Positions 14,293-26,276 of a DNA stretch of 64,000 bases are shown here, piece after piece; within the stretch, counting starts at the first letter, position 1, and every line of letters starts with the position of its first letter. The DNA comes from Malacoraja senta. Taxonomy: Eukaryota. The notes beneath the pieces are model-generated. The model saw nothing but the letters and a program-made list of their open reading frames with translations. It was not told the DNA's origin and did not search any database. Both the position numbers and the translations under genes were made by a program. The stretch spans positions 7,380,001 to 7,444,000 of the forward strand of contig CM075992.1 of assembly GCA_038087875.1 (NCBI GenBank), given 5' to 3'.

Positions 14293-14868
14293 CAAAGATT
14301 ATAGAGCAGAGCAAGATGCGCCACTCTGCGAAAAAAGCGTAGTATGACATGGGTGAGTGTTGACGCCATTTTATTGGGCTGCAATTTACAATAATAATAG
14401 TAATATTTACAATAATATTAACTAAATATGTGAAGTGATAGATGCTATATACAACACTGTTCCCTACAACACGGATTACACCAAAGATGATAGAGCGGAT
14501 CAATCTTTGGAACAGATTACACCAAAGCTGCCTCGGGAGCGCCGACGCTTGAGGCTCTCCCGCCAGACAGAGAGCCTGGTGCCGGCCGCCTTCATCTGGT
14601 ATCGGGGGGACCGAGAATCAGTCCTGGATCAACTCAGGAGTGGAGGAAATGTCCTCTTCCCCCAAAGATACTATAGGAGCCTCCAGTATCTTTGCTCTTC
14701 CCTGCGACCTGATGTAAGCGCAGATTGTATAACTGTGGAGTCGGTCCCCGCTACCAAAGATGTCGCGTTTTGCATTAAAAAATGGCGGCCGTGACGTTCC
14801 GTTACGTACTACACGTCACTCCATTGGATTTCGGAGGAGTGGTCTATCTTGCTCCTCTAGTATCTTTG
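14293..14868. mobile_element. Non-autonomous DNA transposon with 8-bp TSD (hAT- or P-like termini CAAAGAT)
   Basis: ACATAAAC at 14285-14292 and 14869-14876; imperfect TIR CAAAGAT..TAGAG..AGCAAGAT; empty site in the paralogous copy at 12331-12338. Confidence 0.85.
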
Positions 14869-14911
14869 ACATAAACTGTTCTTGCCTGATGATGTTGGTT
14901 ATTAATTTTAG

Positions 14912-14986
14912 TTTCGCAGATCATCAGTGCAATAAACCACTCCCAAACCGGCCTGAGGATGCAGCTCTCACAGATGAAGGAGAATT
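14912..14986 (+). CDS. Neck micro-exon 5 (VSQIISAINHSQTGLRMQLSQMKEN), recent duplicate of exon 3
   Basis: ttaattttag| ... |gtaagt; 75 nt; 4 substitutions relative to 12374-12448. Confidence 0.75.
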
Positions 14987-15137
14987 GTAAGTCACGACAA
15001 CAGCTCTCAAAATATTTTCAAAATGTCCGTGTTGTACATCATTACAAGATGTGGGCCCGGCGAGGGGGAGGGGGGGGCGCCATGGGGGGAGGGGGGGAGA
15101 ACAAAGGAGGGCCTGGCACAGGATACTTTGTAACTTA

Positions 15138-15799
15138 AGGGCCAGTCCCACTTGGGCCAATTACGCGACAGGCCGGTATTGACGGTCGTGCGACGGTCCT
15201 GCGAGAGTCGTGCGCGTCATCATGCGCCCACACAGCCGTCTGGAGCGCGTGACGTCATTTGAAGATGGACACAAAATGCAGGAGTAACTCAGCGGGACCG
15301 GCAGCATCTCTGGAGAGAAGGAATGGATGATGTTTCGGGTCGAGACTTCTTCAGCCTGAAAGAAGGGTCTTGACCCGAAACGTCACCCATTCCTTCTCTC
15401 CAGAGATGCTGCCGGTCCCGCTGAGTTACTCCTGCATTTTGTGTCTATCTCCAATTTTCTTGGCCCCGCTCTGGGAGTAGGGGTGGGGGCGGATCCGATC
15501 CGCAACGGCCGTGAGCCCCAGGCCGAGCTCAGCGATCGTTTGCCTACTTCTGATGCTGTTGGAGGTGAGACATTGCGCCGCGCCAGGGTCTTGGGCCTGT
15601 CCCACTTTGGCCGTCAGTTACGCGACAGGCCGATGGCGCGCAAAGATTTTGTTCAGGACGAAGTCCACACTCCTCCATGCCACTCCACACTCCTCCACAC
15701 CACTCCATGCGCCCATCCCCGCGCTACCCCCATGCGCTACCTACACGCTAGCAGGTCGCGTAAATGGCGCGTGAAAGGCAGCCAAGTGGGACAGGCCCT
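15138..15799. mobile_element. PIF/Harbinger-type MITE containing a Penelope palindrome
   Basis: TTA|AGGGCCAGTCCCACTTGG ... CCAAGTGGGACAGGCCCT|TTA; palindromic unit at about 15262-15451 inside. Confidence 0.8.
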
Positions 15800-16990
15800 T
15801 TAGTCAGTACCCTTTATGTGGCAACTATTTGCATACCTTGGGTATGCAAACAAAGAATTTCACTGTGACTTGGCACATGTGACAATAAAGTATTCATACA
15901 TTCATTCCAGTAATGCTGCCTGGCATGCTGATTTACTCCAACACTTTGTGTCTTTTTTTGTAAACCAGCATCTGCAGTTCCTTAGGTCCACAGAATATCA
16001 CATCAAGATGGGTCCCAGAGTAGTAATGGAGGCCAACTTTAGACAGGGCAGAGAGAGCAGCCAGTACATATTCCTCTGTATAACTGTGCCCACAAATCTA
16101 AAAGAGCATGCTAGTATTAAATTCCAGAGAAAGTGAGTCATTTGAAATAGTCCCTTGGCTGCAGTTTGGAAAACTTTCAACATGTTACAGTAAACCATCC
16201 AAAATATATTGGTCTAGAGATTTCTACATAATCACACAGGGAGACACGCACAATTGAGATAGAATTACCTCAACTGCTGAGAATGTTTAGTGTGTAAAAC
16301 TCCTGTGAAAGAGTTCAGTTAAAATCTTTGTTAAAGTCTTGTCGATGAGATTGTCCGAAATGCATCGTCCCATCAAAGTGCCCAACACAGATGGGCAGGG
16401 TGGTAAAGAAGGCATTTGGCACGCTTGCCTTTATCCGGCAGGGTATTTAGTGCAGGTGTTTTTTTTTAAGCTGTACAAGACATCAGTGAGGCCACATTTG
16501 GACCATTGTGTACAATTCTGGTTAACCTCCGACAGGAAGGATGTCATTAAATTGGAAAGAGTCCAAAAAAGATTTACAAGGTGCTTCCAGGTCTAGAGGA
16601 TTTGAGTTGTTTGGAAAATCTGGATAGGCTGGGACTTTTTTCCCTAGAGTGTTAGAGGCTGAGGGGTGACCTGAAAGAGATTTATAAAATCTGAAGAAAT
16701 GTCTCGACCCAAAGCATCACCCATTCTTTTTCTCCAGAGTTGCTGCCTGTCCTGCTGAGTTACTCCAGCTTTTTGTGTCTGCCAGAGGAGGTAGTTGAGG
16801 TAGAACAAGTCATAAGGTCATAAGTGATAGGAGTAGAATTAGGCTATTCAGCCCATCATGTCTACTTCACCATTCAATCATGGCTGATCTATCTCTCCCT
16901 CTTAACCCCATTCTCCTGCCTTCTCCCCATAACCTCTGACACTTGTACTAATCAAGAAGTATGTTAAACTGACATGTTTCTTCCTTGCAG

Positions 16991-17065
16991 TTACACAGAC
17001 GCTCAGAGCTGTACGAGATTCGCCATCGCCCAGAAACATGGAGCAGGCACACACGGAGAATGCGA
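16991..17065 (+). CDS. Neck micro-exon 6 (FTQTLRAVRDSPSPRNMEQAHTENA)
   Basis: ttcttccttgcag| ... |gtgagt; 75 nt, phase 1-1; starts TTACACAG like exon 1. Confidence 0.7.
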
Positions 17066-18628
17066 GTGAGTTGGATCACTTTCTGTGCAAGTGTCCTGTA
17101 TGTGTTGCATTCATATGTTCATAAGTGAGAGGAGCAGAATCAAGCCACTCGGCCCATCACATCTACTCCACCATGGCTGTTCTATCTATCCCTCTCAACC
17201 CCCTTCTCCTGCCTTCTCCCCATAACCCCTGACAGCCGTACTAATCAAGAATTCACCTTCATCCCTACAATTCACAGCTGCAGGCCGGTAATGAATAAAC
17301 TCTCAGCAATGAAGCAGCATCTCTGGAGAACAGATACTCCAGAGAAGCTGCCCGACCCGCTGAGTTACTCCAGCACTTTGTGTCTATCTTAGGTATAAAC
17401 CAGCATCTGCAGTTCCTTTCTGGACATTGAACCATTGAACTGCGCAAATAAAGACATATCTTTCATAAGTATAACCAAGAGAGGATTGAATCACTGAATC
17501 AACAAAATACGGTGTCAGAATAAAAGGACGTACCTTTAGAAAGGAGATGAGGAGGAATTTCTTTAGTCAGAGGGTGGTGAATCTGTGGAATACACAGATA
17601 TCTGTGGAGGCCAGGTCAATGGATATTTTTAAGGCAGAGATAGATAGATTCCGTTCTAGACTGAGACCATGACCATAGCCACCTGTCCACCAGGATCCCG
17701 ACCCAAAACATCGTCTTCTAGTTCGCTGCCTGGCTCGCTGTGTTCAGCAGCAGGTGAAGCAGGGATAATGTGGAATCAAATGATACCTCCTAGGTAGAAA
17801 TAGGTACTCCACGAAGACTGCGGTGTCAAGCCACTCTGATTGTAAACGGGGAGTTTCTCCCTCTGATCAGTCTGGGTATGTCAAAGAAGGGGAGCATCAA
17901 TGGGAAGAGCAGAGATCACAATCGCAATGTTTAAAGAACAATCGCAACATTTAAGAAACATTTACACAGGTACATGGATCGGACAGGTTTAGAGGGATAT
18001 GGGCCAAATGCAGACAGATGGGACTAGTGTAGATGTGGCATGTTTAGTTTAGTTTAGTCTGGAGCTACAGCGCGGAAACAGGCCATTTGACCTACCGAGT
18101 CCGTGCCGATCAGCGATCCCCACTCACAAACACTATCCAACACACACTAGGGAAAATTTGCTTTGATACCAAGAAAATTAACCTAGAAACCTGTATGTCT
18201 TTGGAGTGTGGGAGGAACCCGAAAATCTCGGAGAAAACCCACGCAGGTCATGGGGAGAACGTTGGCCAGTGAGGGAATATTGGGCCATTGGTGTTTGCAT
18301 GCTGTATGACCATGACTATGAGAGATCTTGTGAAAGGAACCAAAGAGAATTGATCTGTTCTCACTGAAATTTCATGAAACATTGAAAATAGGTGCAGGAG
18401 GAGGCCATTTGGCCCTTCGAGCCAGCACTACCATTCATTGTGATCATGGCTGATCATCCACAGTCAGTAACCCGTGCGTGCCTTCTCCCCATATCCCTTG
18501 ATTCCGCTAGCCCCTAGAGCTCTATCTTACTGAAGATATTAGCTCTTCCAATACTGCGTGGTGCATTGTTAGAGGGAGTGGAGAACTCAGTGTGGAGATG
18601 GTCTGATCTGATGTGTTCTTATTTCCAG

Positions 18629-18700
18629 CTAACGGCCGGCCTTGGGCTGCAAGAAGTGCCCAGGATGATCTGCGGGACCAAGTTTCCCAGAGGAGCAATG
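18629..18700 (+). CDS. Neck micro-exon 7 (TNGRPWAARSAQDDLRDQVSQRSN)
   Basis: ttcttatttccag| ... |gtacgt; 72 nt, phase 1-1; divergent but ends SQxxN like the others. Confidence 0.6.
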
Positions 18701-18815
18701 GTACGTGCTAACTAATAATCTGGAAGTTTGGCCAATCTAGAACAGTCGAACAGAATCAAACGTAGACTACAAGAGTAGGGCGGCACGGTGACTCAGTGGT
18801 AGTGTTGCAGCCTTA

Positions 18816-19281
18816 TGGGCCTGTCCCACTTGGGCAAATTTTTCGGCGACTGCCGGCGACGGTCATAGTTGTGGCAGGTCACCGAAAAACCAGCAACTGG
18901 ACTCATGGGCCTGTCCCACTTAGGCGATTTTTTAGGCGACTGCCGGCGACTACGACATTGAAATTCACCGAAGTCAGCACCGGCAACAACCTACGTCACC
19001 TGTCGACAACCGACGACATCCTGGCGACTGCCTACATTAACCTGGTGACAACCTACGACAGCACCTATGTCAAGCTACACTCATTTGGCGTCAAACCCAA
19101 GGTCGCCACTGTCGTCGAAAATTTTTCAACATGTTGAAAGTTTCTCAGTGACCAGAAAGACGTTACAACTCTTTGGGCGACTGAGGAGACTACTCGACCA
19201 TACAGGCGACACCCCGGCGACCACCGGTGACCATGTGGCGACCGCATAGTCTCCTGTAGTCGCCTAAGTGGGACAGGCCCA
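18816..19281. mobile_element. PIF/Harbinger-type MITE with duplicated left end, inserted in a SINE
   Basis: TGGGCCTGTCCCAC at 18816 and 18906; GTGGGACAGGCCCA ends at 19281; TCA flanks the inner unit; interrupts the SINE between gcctta and cagcaccag. Confidence 0.8.
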
Positions 19282-20368
19282 TCACAGCACCAGATACGCG
19301 GGATCGATCCTGACTACGGGTGCTGTCTGTACAGAGTTTGTACGTTCTCCCTGTGATCGTTGCGTTTCCTGCCACTCTCCAAAGACGTGCAGGTTTCAGT
19401 TTAGTTTATTGCCATGTGCACTGTGGTACAGTGAAAAGCTTAATTTGCTTTGGTAAAGATTGTAAATTGTCCCTTGTTTGTAGGATAATGCTAGTGTACT
19501 GGGATCGCTGGTCAATGCGGACTTAGTGGGCCGTGGGGCCTGTATCCGCACTTTATCTCCAAGAAAACTAAGTGGAGCATGACGGCAAGACTGTCCGTCA
19601 TGTGGTTAGATGATGCCAACTTTCCCCACAGCATCTCATACCTCGGTCCCCAGAACGTTTATGTCTTGGGCAGTTGGACTCCATAACCTTACACCCTTGG
19701 GGCGGGCTGAGGTGGGGGTGGATACCATACTTCCTCTTGCCCTGCAAGGAAGCGACTTAGTTTAGTTTAGAGATACAGTCTGGAAACAGGCCGTTCAACA
19801 CATCGAGTCCATGCCGACCAGCGATCATCTGTACATTCGTTCTATCCTACATAATGGGGACTATTTACAGAAGCCATTCTGTAAATCTACAAACCTGCAT
19901 GGCTTCGGAAAGTGGGAGGAAACTGGAGTACCCGGAGAAAGCCCATGCGGTCACAGGGAGAATGTACAAACTCCATACAGGAGAGGATGTTTCCACTAGT
20001 GGAAGAATCCAGGACCAGAGAGCACAGCCTCAGACATAAAAGGACGTACCTTTAGGAAGGAGATGAGGAAGAATTTAAGGTGGTGAATCTGTGGAATTCA
20101 TTGCCGCAAACGGCTGTGGAAGCCAAGTCAATGGATCTTGACTGGTATGGATGTCAGGGGTTATGGGGAGAAGGCAGGAGAATGGGGTTGAGAGGGAGAG
20201 ATAGATCAGCCACGATTGAATGGCGGAGTAGACTTGATTGGCCGAATGTCCTAATTCTGCTCCTATAACAAGAATTTGTGTGTGTGGGGGGGGGGGGATG
20301 TTGGTGGGGGGAGAGGTGTAGGGCTGTTTGGAGGATGTATGAGAACTAGTTCTCTGTTTTCTTTTCAG

Positions 20369-20443
20369 TTGCATGGACGCTCAGAGAGATAAGAAACATG
20401 CAGACGGAGTTGAAGGTGGAGATGTCGCAGATGAAGGCAAACG
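20369..20443 (+). CDS. Neck micro-exon 8 (VAWTLREIRNMQTELKVEMSQMKAN)
   Basis: ctgttttcttttcag| ... |gtgagt; 75 nt, phase 1-1; strong match to the repeat consensus. Confidence 0.8.
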
Positions 20444-21787
20444 GTGAGTGGTGATTGGACCATTTAGATTAGGTTAGACTAGATGTTTTAATTGTCACAT
20501 GTGACAAGTCATAGTCACATGCTTTGATTTGCATACCTCGGCATACAAAGAGACGCCATGTAAAGGACGTCGAGTTACAAAGTGCCCCCTTTTTTTCCCC
20601 CCAAAGGTCCCCCTTCCCTCCCCCTTAGTTTTGCCCCCCCCCCCAACGCCTTAAACTAATCCCATTTGCCCACGTTTAGCTACTATATTTTAAACTATAA
20701 ACATCTGTAAGATCATCCCACAGCCTCCAAAGATCCTACAAAGACGAACAAATGTGTCCATCCAAGTCTCTTCCCAGCTGTAATCAGGCAACTGAACCAT
20801 CCTACCATAACTAGAAAGCAGTCCTGAACTACTATCTCCCTCATTGGAGACCCTCGGTCTATCTTTGATTGGACTTTACTGGCTTTATCTTGCACTAAAC
20901 GCTATTCACTTGATTCTCTTTATCATGCATCTGTACACTGTGACTGGCTCGACTGAAATCATGTATTGTCTTTCCGCTGACTGGTTAGCACGTGGCAAAA
21001 GCTTTTCACTGTACCTCGATACACATGACAATAAACTAAACTAAACTAAACAACCTCTCCTTATAAATGTGCTCAAACGCACAACATCGTAGTAAACCTT
21101 TTCAACACCCTCTTCAAACCTCCACATCCTTCCTGTAATGGGACGACCAGAACTGCACACAATAGTCCTAATGCAGACTAACCCAAGTTTTATTTAGCTG
21201 CAGCATAACTAAAATAGAAATTCCCAATAGTATTGTGTCAACTACGTGTTCTTAATTGCATTTCCTGATTCAAACTCACACACAATCCACATAAGATCAT
21301 GATTCATGAGCCATTTGGCAATGCGGGATTCCTGTCTTAACATCATAAGTACTTTGCTTTCCGGGGAACCGGAGAAACAGTACCATCCATTACTTTCAAA
21401 GCCATCTCTGCAAATGAAAAGAGTTCTTGGCGGCACTGGGACGCATCGGTAAAGTTCCTGCCTTACAGCACCAGAGGCCCGGGTTCGATCCTGACTACTC
21501 GTCCAGAGTTTGTGCGTTCTCCCCGTGACTGTGTGGGCTTTCTCCAGGCGCTCCAGTTTCCTCCCACATGTACAGGTTTGTAGATTAATTGAGTTTGGTA
21601 AAATTGTAAACTGTCCCTTGTCCCTCAAATTTCACTGTACCTTAATTGGTACATGTGACAATAAACTGACCTTGAAACCTTGAAAATTTGTGTGAAGGAT
21701 AGTGCTAGTAGATGGGGATCGCTCGTCAGCGCGGACTCGGTGGGCAAAGGCTCTGTTTCCACGCTGTATCTCTAAACTAAACTAAAC

Positions 21788-21987
21788 NNNNNNNNNNNNN
21801 NNNNNNNNNNNNNNNNNNNNNNNNNNNNNNNNNNNNNNNNNNNNNNNNNNNNNNNNNNNNNNNNNNNNNNNNNNNNNNNNNNNNNNNNNNNNNNNNNNNN
21901 NNNNNNNNNNNNNNNNNNNNNNNNNNNNNNNNNNNNNNNNNNNNNNNNNNNNNNNNNNNNNNNNNNNNNNNNNNNNNNNNNNNNNNN
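21788..21987. other. Assembly/scaffold gap (200 N)
   Basis: Run of exactly 200 n, typical of an unsized gap. Confidence 0.98.
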
Positions 21988-24900
21988 ATGTTGTTTACAG
22001 ATTACAATGTTTACATATTCTGTTGTGCTGCTGCAAGTATGAATTTCATTGTTCTATCTGGGACATATGACCATAAAACACTCTTGAAATAACTAGTCGG
22101 CAACCTTCACCTTGTGCTGAAGTGGCAGCAGATATGCCTAAATCTGCGCTTTGTGTCCCTTAAGCAGGAACATTGGTTCCACAATTCCACAAGAAACTCC
22201 ATTTTACTAGTTTTGTAAATTGCAGAATGTGCGTTAACTGTGGATATTTAACTTAAATAGTTAGTCATTAAGATAGCGCGGAATTTATAGTAGCACCTTC
22301 CCGAAATGTGGTGCTATAAATCCACCGTGGAATTGCATCAGATGTCAGCTGATATAGTGCTGATGGGCAGTGTCGCGAATAGTCAAGGTGGAACAGGGAG
22401 CTTGCACCTCAATGCTCGTATTCTGTTCGTGCTTCGAATGAGCACTATTTTTACTCATAGCATTTAAAGAAACTTGCATATATAATTTCTTCCCTAATAC
22501 CCAAAGCGATTCAGTGGCACTCAATTTCTATTAAAATGCAATTAAATGTCATATTTGTTGGAAGTGCAGCAACCAATAACTTAGTTGGCTACCACGATCA
22601 ACATGTCCTGATGTGACACATGGTGGGGCACGGTGGCACACCAGTAGAGGTGCTGCCTTATAGCGGCAGAGACCCAGGTTCCATCCTGACCACGGGTGCT
22701 CTTTATACAGAGTTTATTCCATCTCAACCGTGACCACGTGGGTTTCCCCCAGGTTCCCCGGATTCCTCCAAAGAGGTGCAGGTTTTAAGGTTAATTGGCT
22801 TTTGTAAAAATTTTAAATTTTCCCAAGTGTGCAGTGTGTGCTTGTGTAACGGGGATTGCTAGTCAGTGTGGATTCGGTGGGCCAAAGGGCCTGTTTCCGC
22901 ACTGTTTCTCTCTAATCTCTAATCTTAAAAAAAATGCAGGAAGGTGCTTCTTTTAGAATGGACATCTTGATAAATTGTCCAAGATGACATACATTTTAAA
23001 CAAATCTGCAAGTGGTGAGATAATAATACAGTATGGAAACAGGCCCTTCAGTCCACCATGACTGTACTGACCCTCGGGTTCCCATCTAAACCAATCGCAT
23101 TTTTCCTATCCGCCCCACTCCCCTACACTTCCTTGCAACCTAATGTATCCATTCATTGCCCCCAGTTCTACCACCCACCTACATACAGTCAGGTCAATTT
23201 GCCATACCCACACCTCATTGGGATATGAGAGGACACCAGAGCCATCATGGGGAAGCCCAGTGGTCGCTGGGTCTCTTGTGCAAACTCCACACAGAGAGCC
23301 ATGGAGGTTAGGATTGACCACGCAGAATACCATGCTGAGGAATCCTTTCCATTTCCCAGTCTTTATAACGATTGAGGACAACTACTATTCTTTGTACAAG
23401 GGCAAATTTAGTGTTTTGCAGCAATTCACTATGCTTTACTTTTACCAGGTTCCTTGATACCACATATGATTTAAATGCTGCCTTGAAGTCAAGGGAAGTT
23501 ATTCCCATCTTCCCTTGGATTAAGTGTGTAAAAAGGAACTTGGAGGCTGGTATATACCGAAGATAGACACAAAGTGCTGGAGTAACTCAGCGGGTCAGGT
23601 AGCATCTCTGGAGAAAAAAGGATGGGCGATGTTTCGGGTCGGGACCCTTCTTTCAGTCTGAAGAAACGTCACCCATCCTTTTTCTTCAGAGATGCTGCCT
23701 GACCCGCTGAGTTACTCCAGCACTTTGTGTTTATCTTCCCTTGTATTGATCTGTATTATATATATTTGACCAAAAGTGTATTGAAATCTGTAAATGAATG
23801 GTGTCGGAACAACTAAAACCTTGCAGTGATAATCAGATAACAACTGAGCAAGTTCCCCTTGTTAGTACTATTGACAACACCTTTTGTTAAATTTTAAATG
23901 TATTCATTTTTCAGGATGTGTATGTCGGAGCCAAAGCCAGATTTATAGCCCTTCCCTAAATTTTACAAGGATGTAAAGGGCTCGGCCCTCGGGAGAGGTT
24001 GGGCAGACTACAACTTTATTCCTTGGAGCGCAGGAGGCTTAGGAGTAATCCTAGAGAGGTGTATTAAATCAAGAGGGGGGAAAGATAGGGTGAATGCACA
24101 AACTCCTTTACTCAGGGCAGGGGAATCAGAACCAGAGGACATAGGTTTAAGGTGAGAGGGGAAAGATTTAATAGGAACCCGAGGGGCAACTTTTTCACAC
24201 ATAGGGTGATGGGTGTATGCAACGCGCTGCCAGAGGTGGTAGTTGACGCAGGTACTATCACAACATTTAAAAGACATTTGGACAAGTGAAAGGATCGGAA
24301 AGATTTAGAGGGATATCGGCCAAACGGGCAATGTGGGAGGAGTGTAGATGGGGCATCTTGGTTGGAATGGACAAGTTGGGCCAAAGGGCCTGATTCTGTG
24401 CTGTACGACACTGTGTCCTTGTGATGGTGAGCCCCTACATGCCTTACGGGTGAGGGAAAAATAACGTGACATTAACTATATCCCCATTTACACAATGCTA
24501 TTGGGTACGCAACTGTAAACATCACTGTGCACAACTCGCCATCACCAGTTACAATACATCCTTGCATTGATGCTCACATTCTGAAGAATAAGTAAACAAG
24601 AATGATGAAGGATGTTGTTTTTTGAGCTACTGTATTGAGTGATACTTCGTTTAGTTCAGAGCTACAGTGCAGAAACAGGCCCTTCGGTGCACCAAGTCCG
24701 TGCCAACCACTAACAGACCCTGGAGAAAATGTACAATTTTACCAAGCCAATTAACCTACAAACCTGCAAGTCTTTGGACTGTGGGAGGGTCCAGAGCACC
24801 CGGAGTAAACCCACGTGGGTCACAGGGAGAACGTACAAACTCTGTACCGACAGCAATCATAGTCAGGATCAAATCCGAGTCTCTAGCACTGTGAGGCAGC

Positions 24901-26237
24901 ATCTCTACTGCTGCGCCATCTTCTTTGCCAGTTTTCTTGAAGGAACTGAAAAAGCCAGTTTGAGGGATATTAGGGTCCAGACAACTGGAAACTTAGTTAC
25001 TAATAGTAGGCAGAGGATGATGGATGGTATAAGTCTGGGTTGCAGGAGTAAAATGTTGGTGGAGGGAAAAGTTCACTTGTGTTTTAGTTGAACAGAAAAC
25101 CAGGAGGGTTGGGTGCGAATGTAGCTGAGGGTAAGTAGCTGATCGACTGAGATGAGAAATATTCTGGAGAAAGAAGAAGGAAGTTGTGATGATGGGGAAT
25201 GGGGGGGGGGGGGCGCAGAGGCTGTTTTGCGTGATGGCACTGGGTTGCATCCACAACTCTCCACAACGCCTTGCGGTTTTGGGCAGGGCCATCGCCAAAC
25301 CAAGTTGCGATGCTTTCTACCGTGCATCTGTAGAAGTTGGTCAGAGTCATTGGAGACATGCCAATTCTTCTTCACTTGGTCTTCTGAGGAGGTAGAGATA
25401 TTGATGTGGGCTTCCTGGTCGTGGCATTCAGTACAAATTGTTGATGATATTTATGCCAAGGAACTTCACCATTTGCACTGTTGCTGTTGACTGGTGCATG
25501 TACCCCACCCTGCTCTCTGAAGTCCATGCATATCTTCTTCATTTTGCAGACATTGAGGGAGAGGTTGTTATCTTAACACTATGTGCTACTCAACTCTCTA
25601 TCTCCTTCCTGTACTTTGTCTTGTCATTTTTCGAGATCCAGCCCAACTCGACAGTATCATGTGCAAACTTGCTAATGCAGTTGGAGCAGAATTTGGCTGC
25701 AAGTTCGTGAGTGCCTAAAGAGTGTCATTAAAAAGATAAGCAAATGTAATGCTCAGAAAATTTCAGGAATGCTTTAGGTGTAGAATTGCTGCATGAATCT
25801 CCATAGAAATAACAGTAAAGGTGGGTTAAAGAATTAAGGAATTCTCAACATTAATGTGCATGTTATGCTCCCGACAGCAGTCGTTGGTTGTTGGACAGCA
25901 TGTAGCTATTCTCACCTGTATCTTGTGCTTCTTCTGGAAGAGAGGATATTCCTTGGAAGCTACCAAAGGAGAAGTAAGTTGTGTGAAAGGCTGGGAATGA
26001 TCCATATCTCATGATGCTGTATACTTTCTGAGCAAACATCTTTAAAAATCTGCTGATTAAAAGCTGGGATGTGCTCGGCATGTTGTCAAACTGTTTACGA
26101 ATCTGGAATTTAAACCGGAGATTGAGAAGTTTGAATTACTTGTGGCTTTTGTTTTCTCTTTTCACTCTTTCTACCCTTGTGTTCTGGACAAAAGCGCCCT
26201 GCCTTGTGGGAGGATTTGACAAAGGGAACTGAAAAGA

Positions 26238-26276
26238 ATGGGGCAGAATGAAGCTCGACATGCAGAGGATTTAGAG
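26238..26276 (+). CDS. PNPLA6: Putative first coding exon of PNPLA6 (MGQNEARHAEDLE)
   Basis: agaATGG context, 13 codons, then phase-0 donor GAG|gtacat, in frame with the next exon; lies in a repeat-poor stretch. Confidence 0.5.

Larger units (their letters stand above)
11872..15398 (+). repeat. Local segmental duplication: copy A 11872-12859, copy B 13716-15398
   Basis: Near-identical colinear sequence including SINE pieces, a neck exon and a MITE; B carries the 576-bp insertion, A has microhomology-bounded deletions. Confidence 0.92.

Noticed and set aside
11649..14794. Long ORFs 11649-12227, 13610-14119 and 14435-14794 as genes
   Set aside because: They are read-throughs of SINE, duplicated or MITE sequence with no recognisable domain.
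21242..21425. Minus-strand peptide CRDGFESNGWYCF resembling the start of a C-type lectin domain
   Set aside because: Wrong strand for the stalk gene, no splice sites, no downstream CTLD motifs; the ORF starts in a SINE.
22284..22321. Imperfect hairpin ATTTATAG..CACC / GGTGCTATAAAT upstream of PNPLA6
   Set aside because: Could be an old MITE core; no match to an RNA family I can support.
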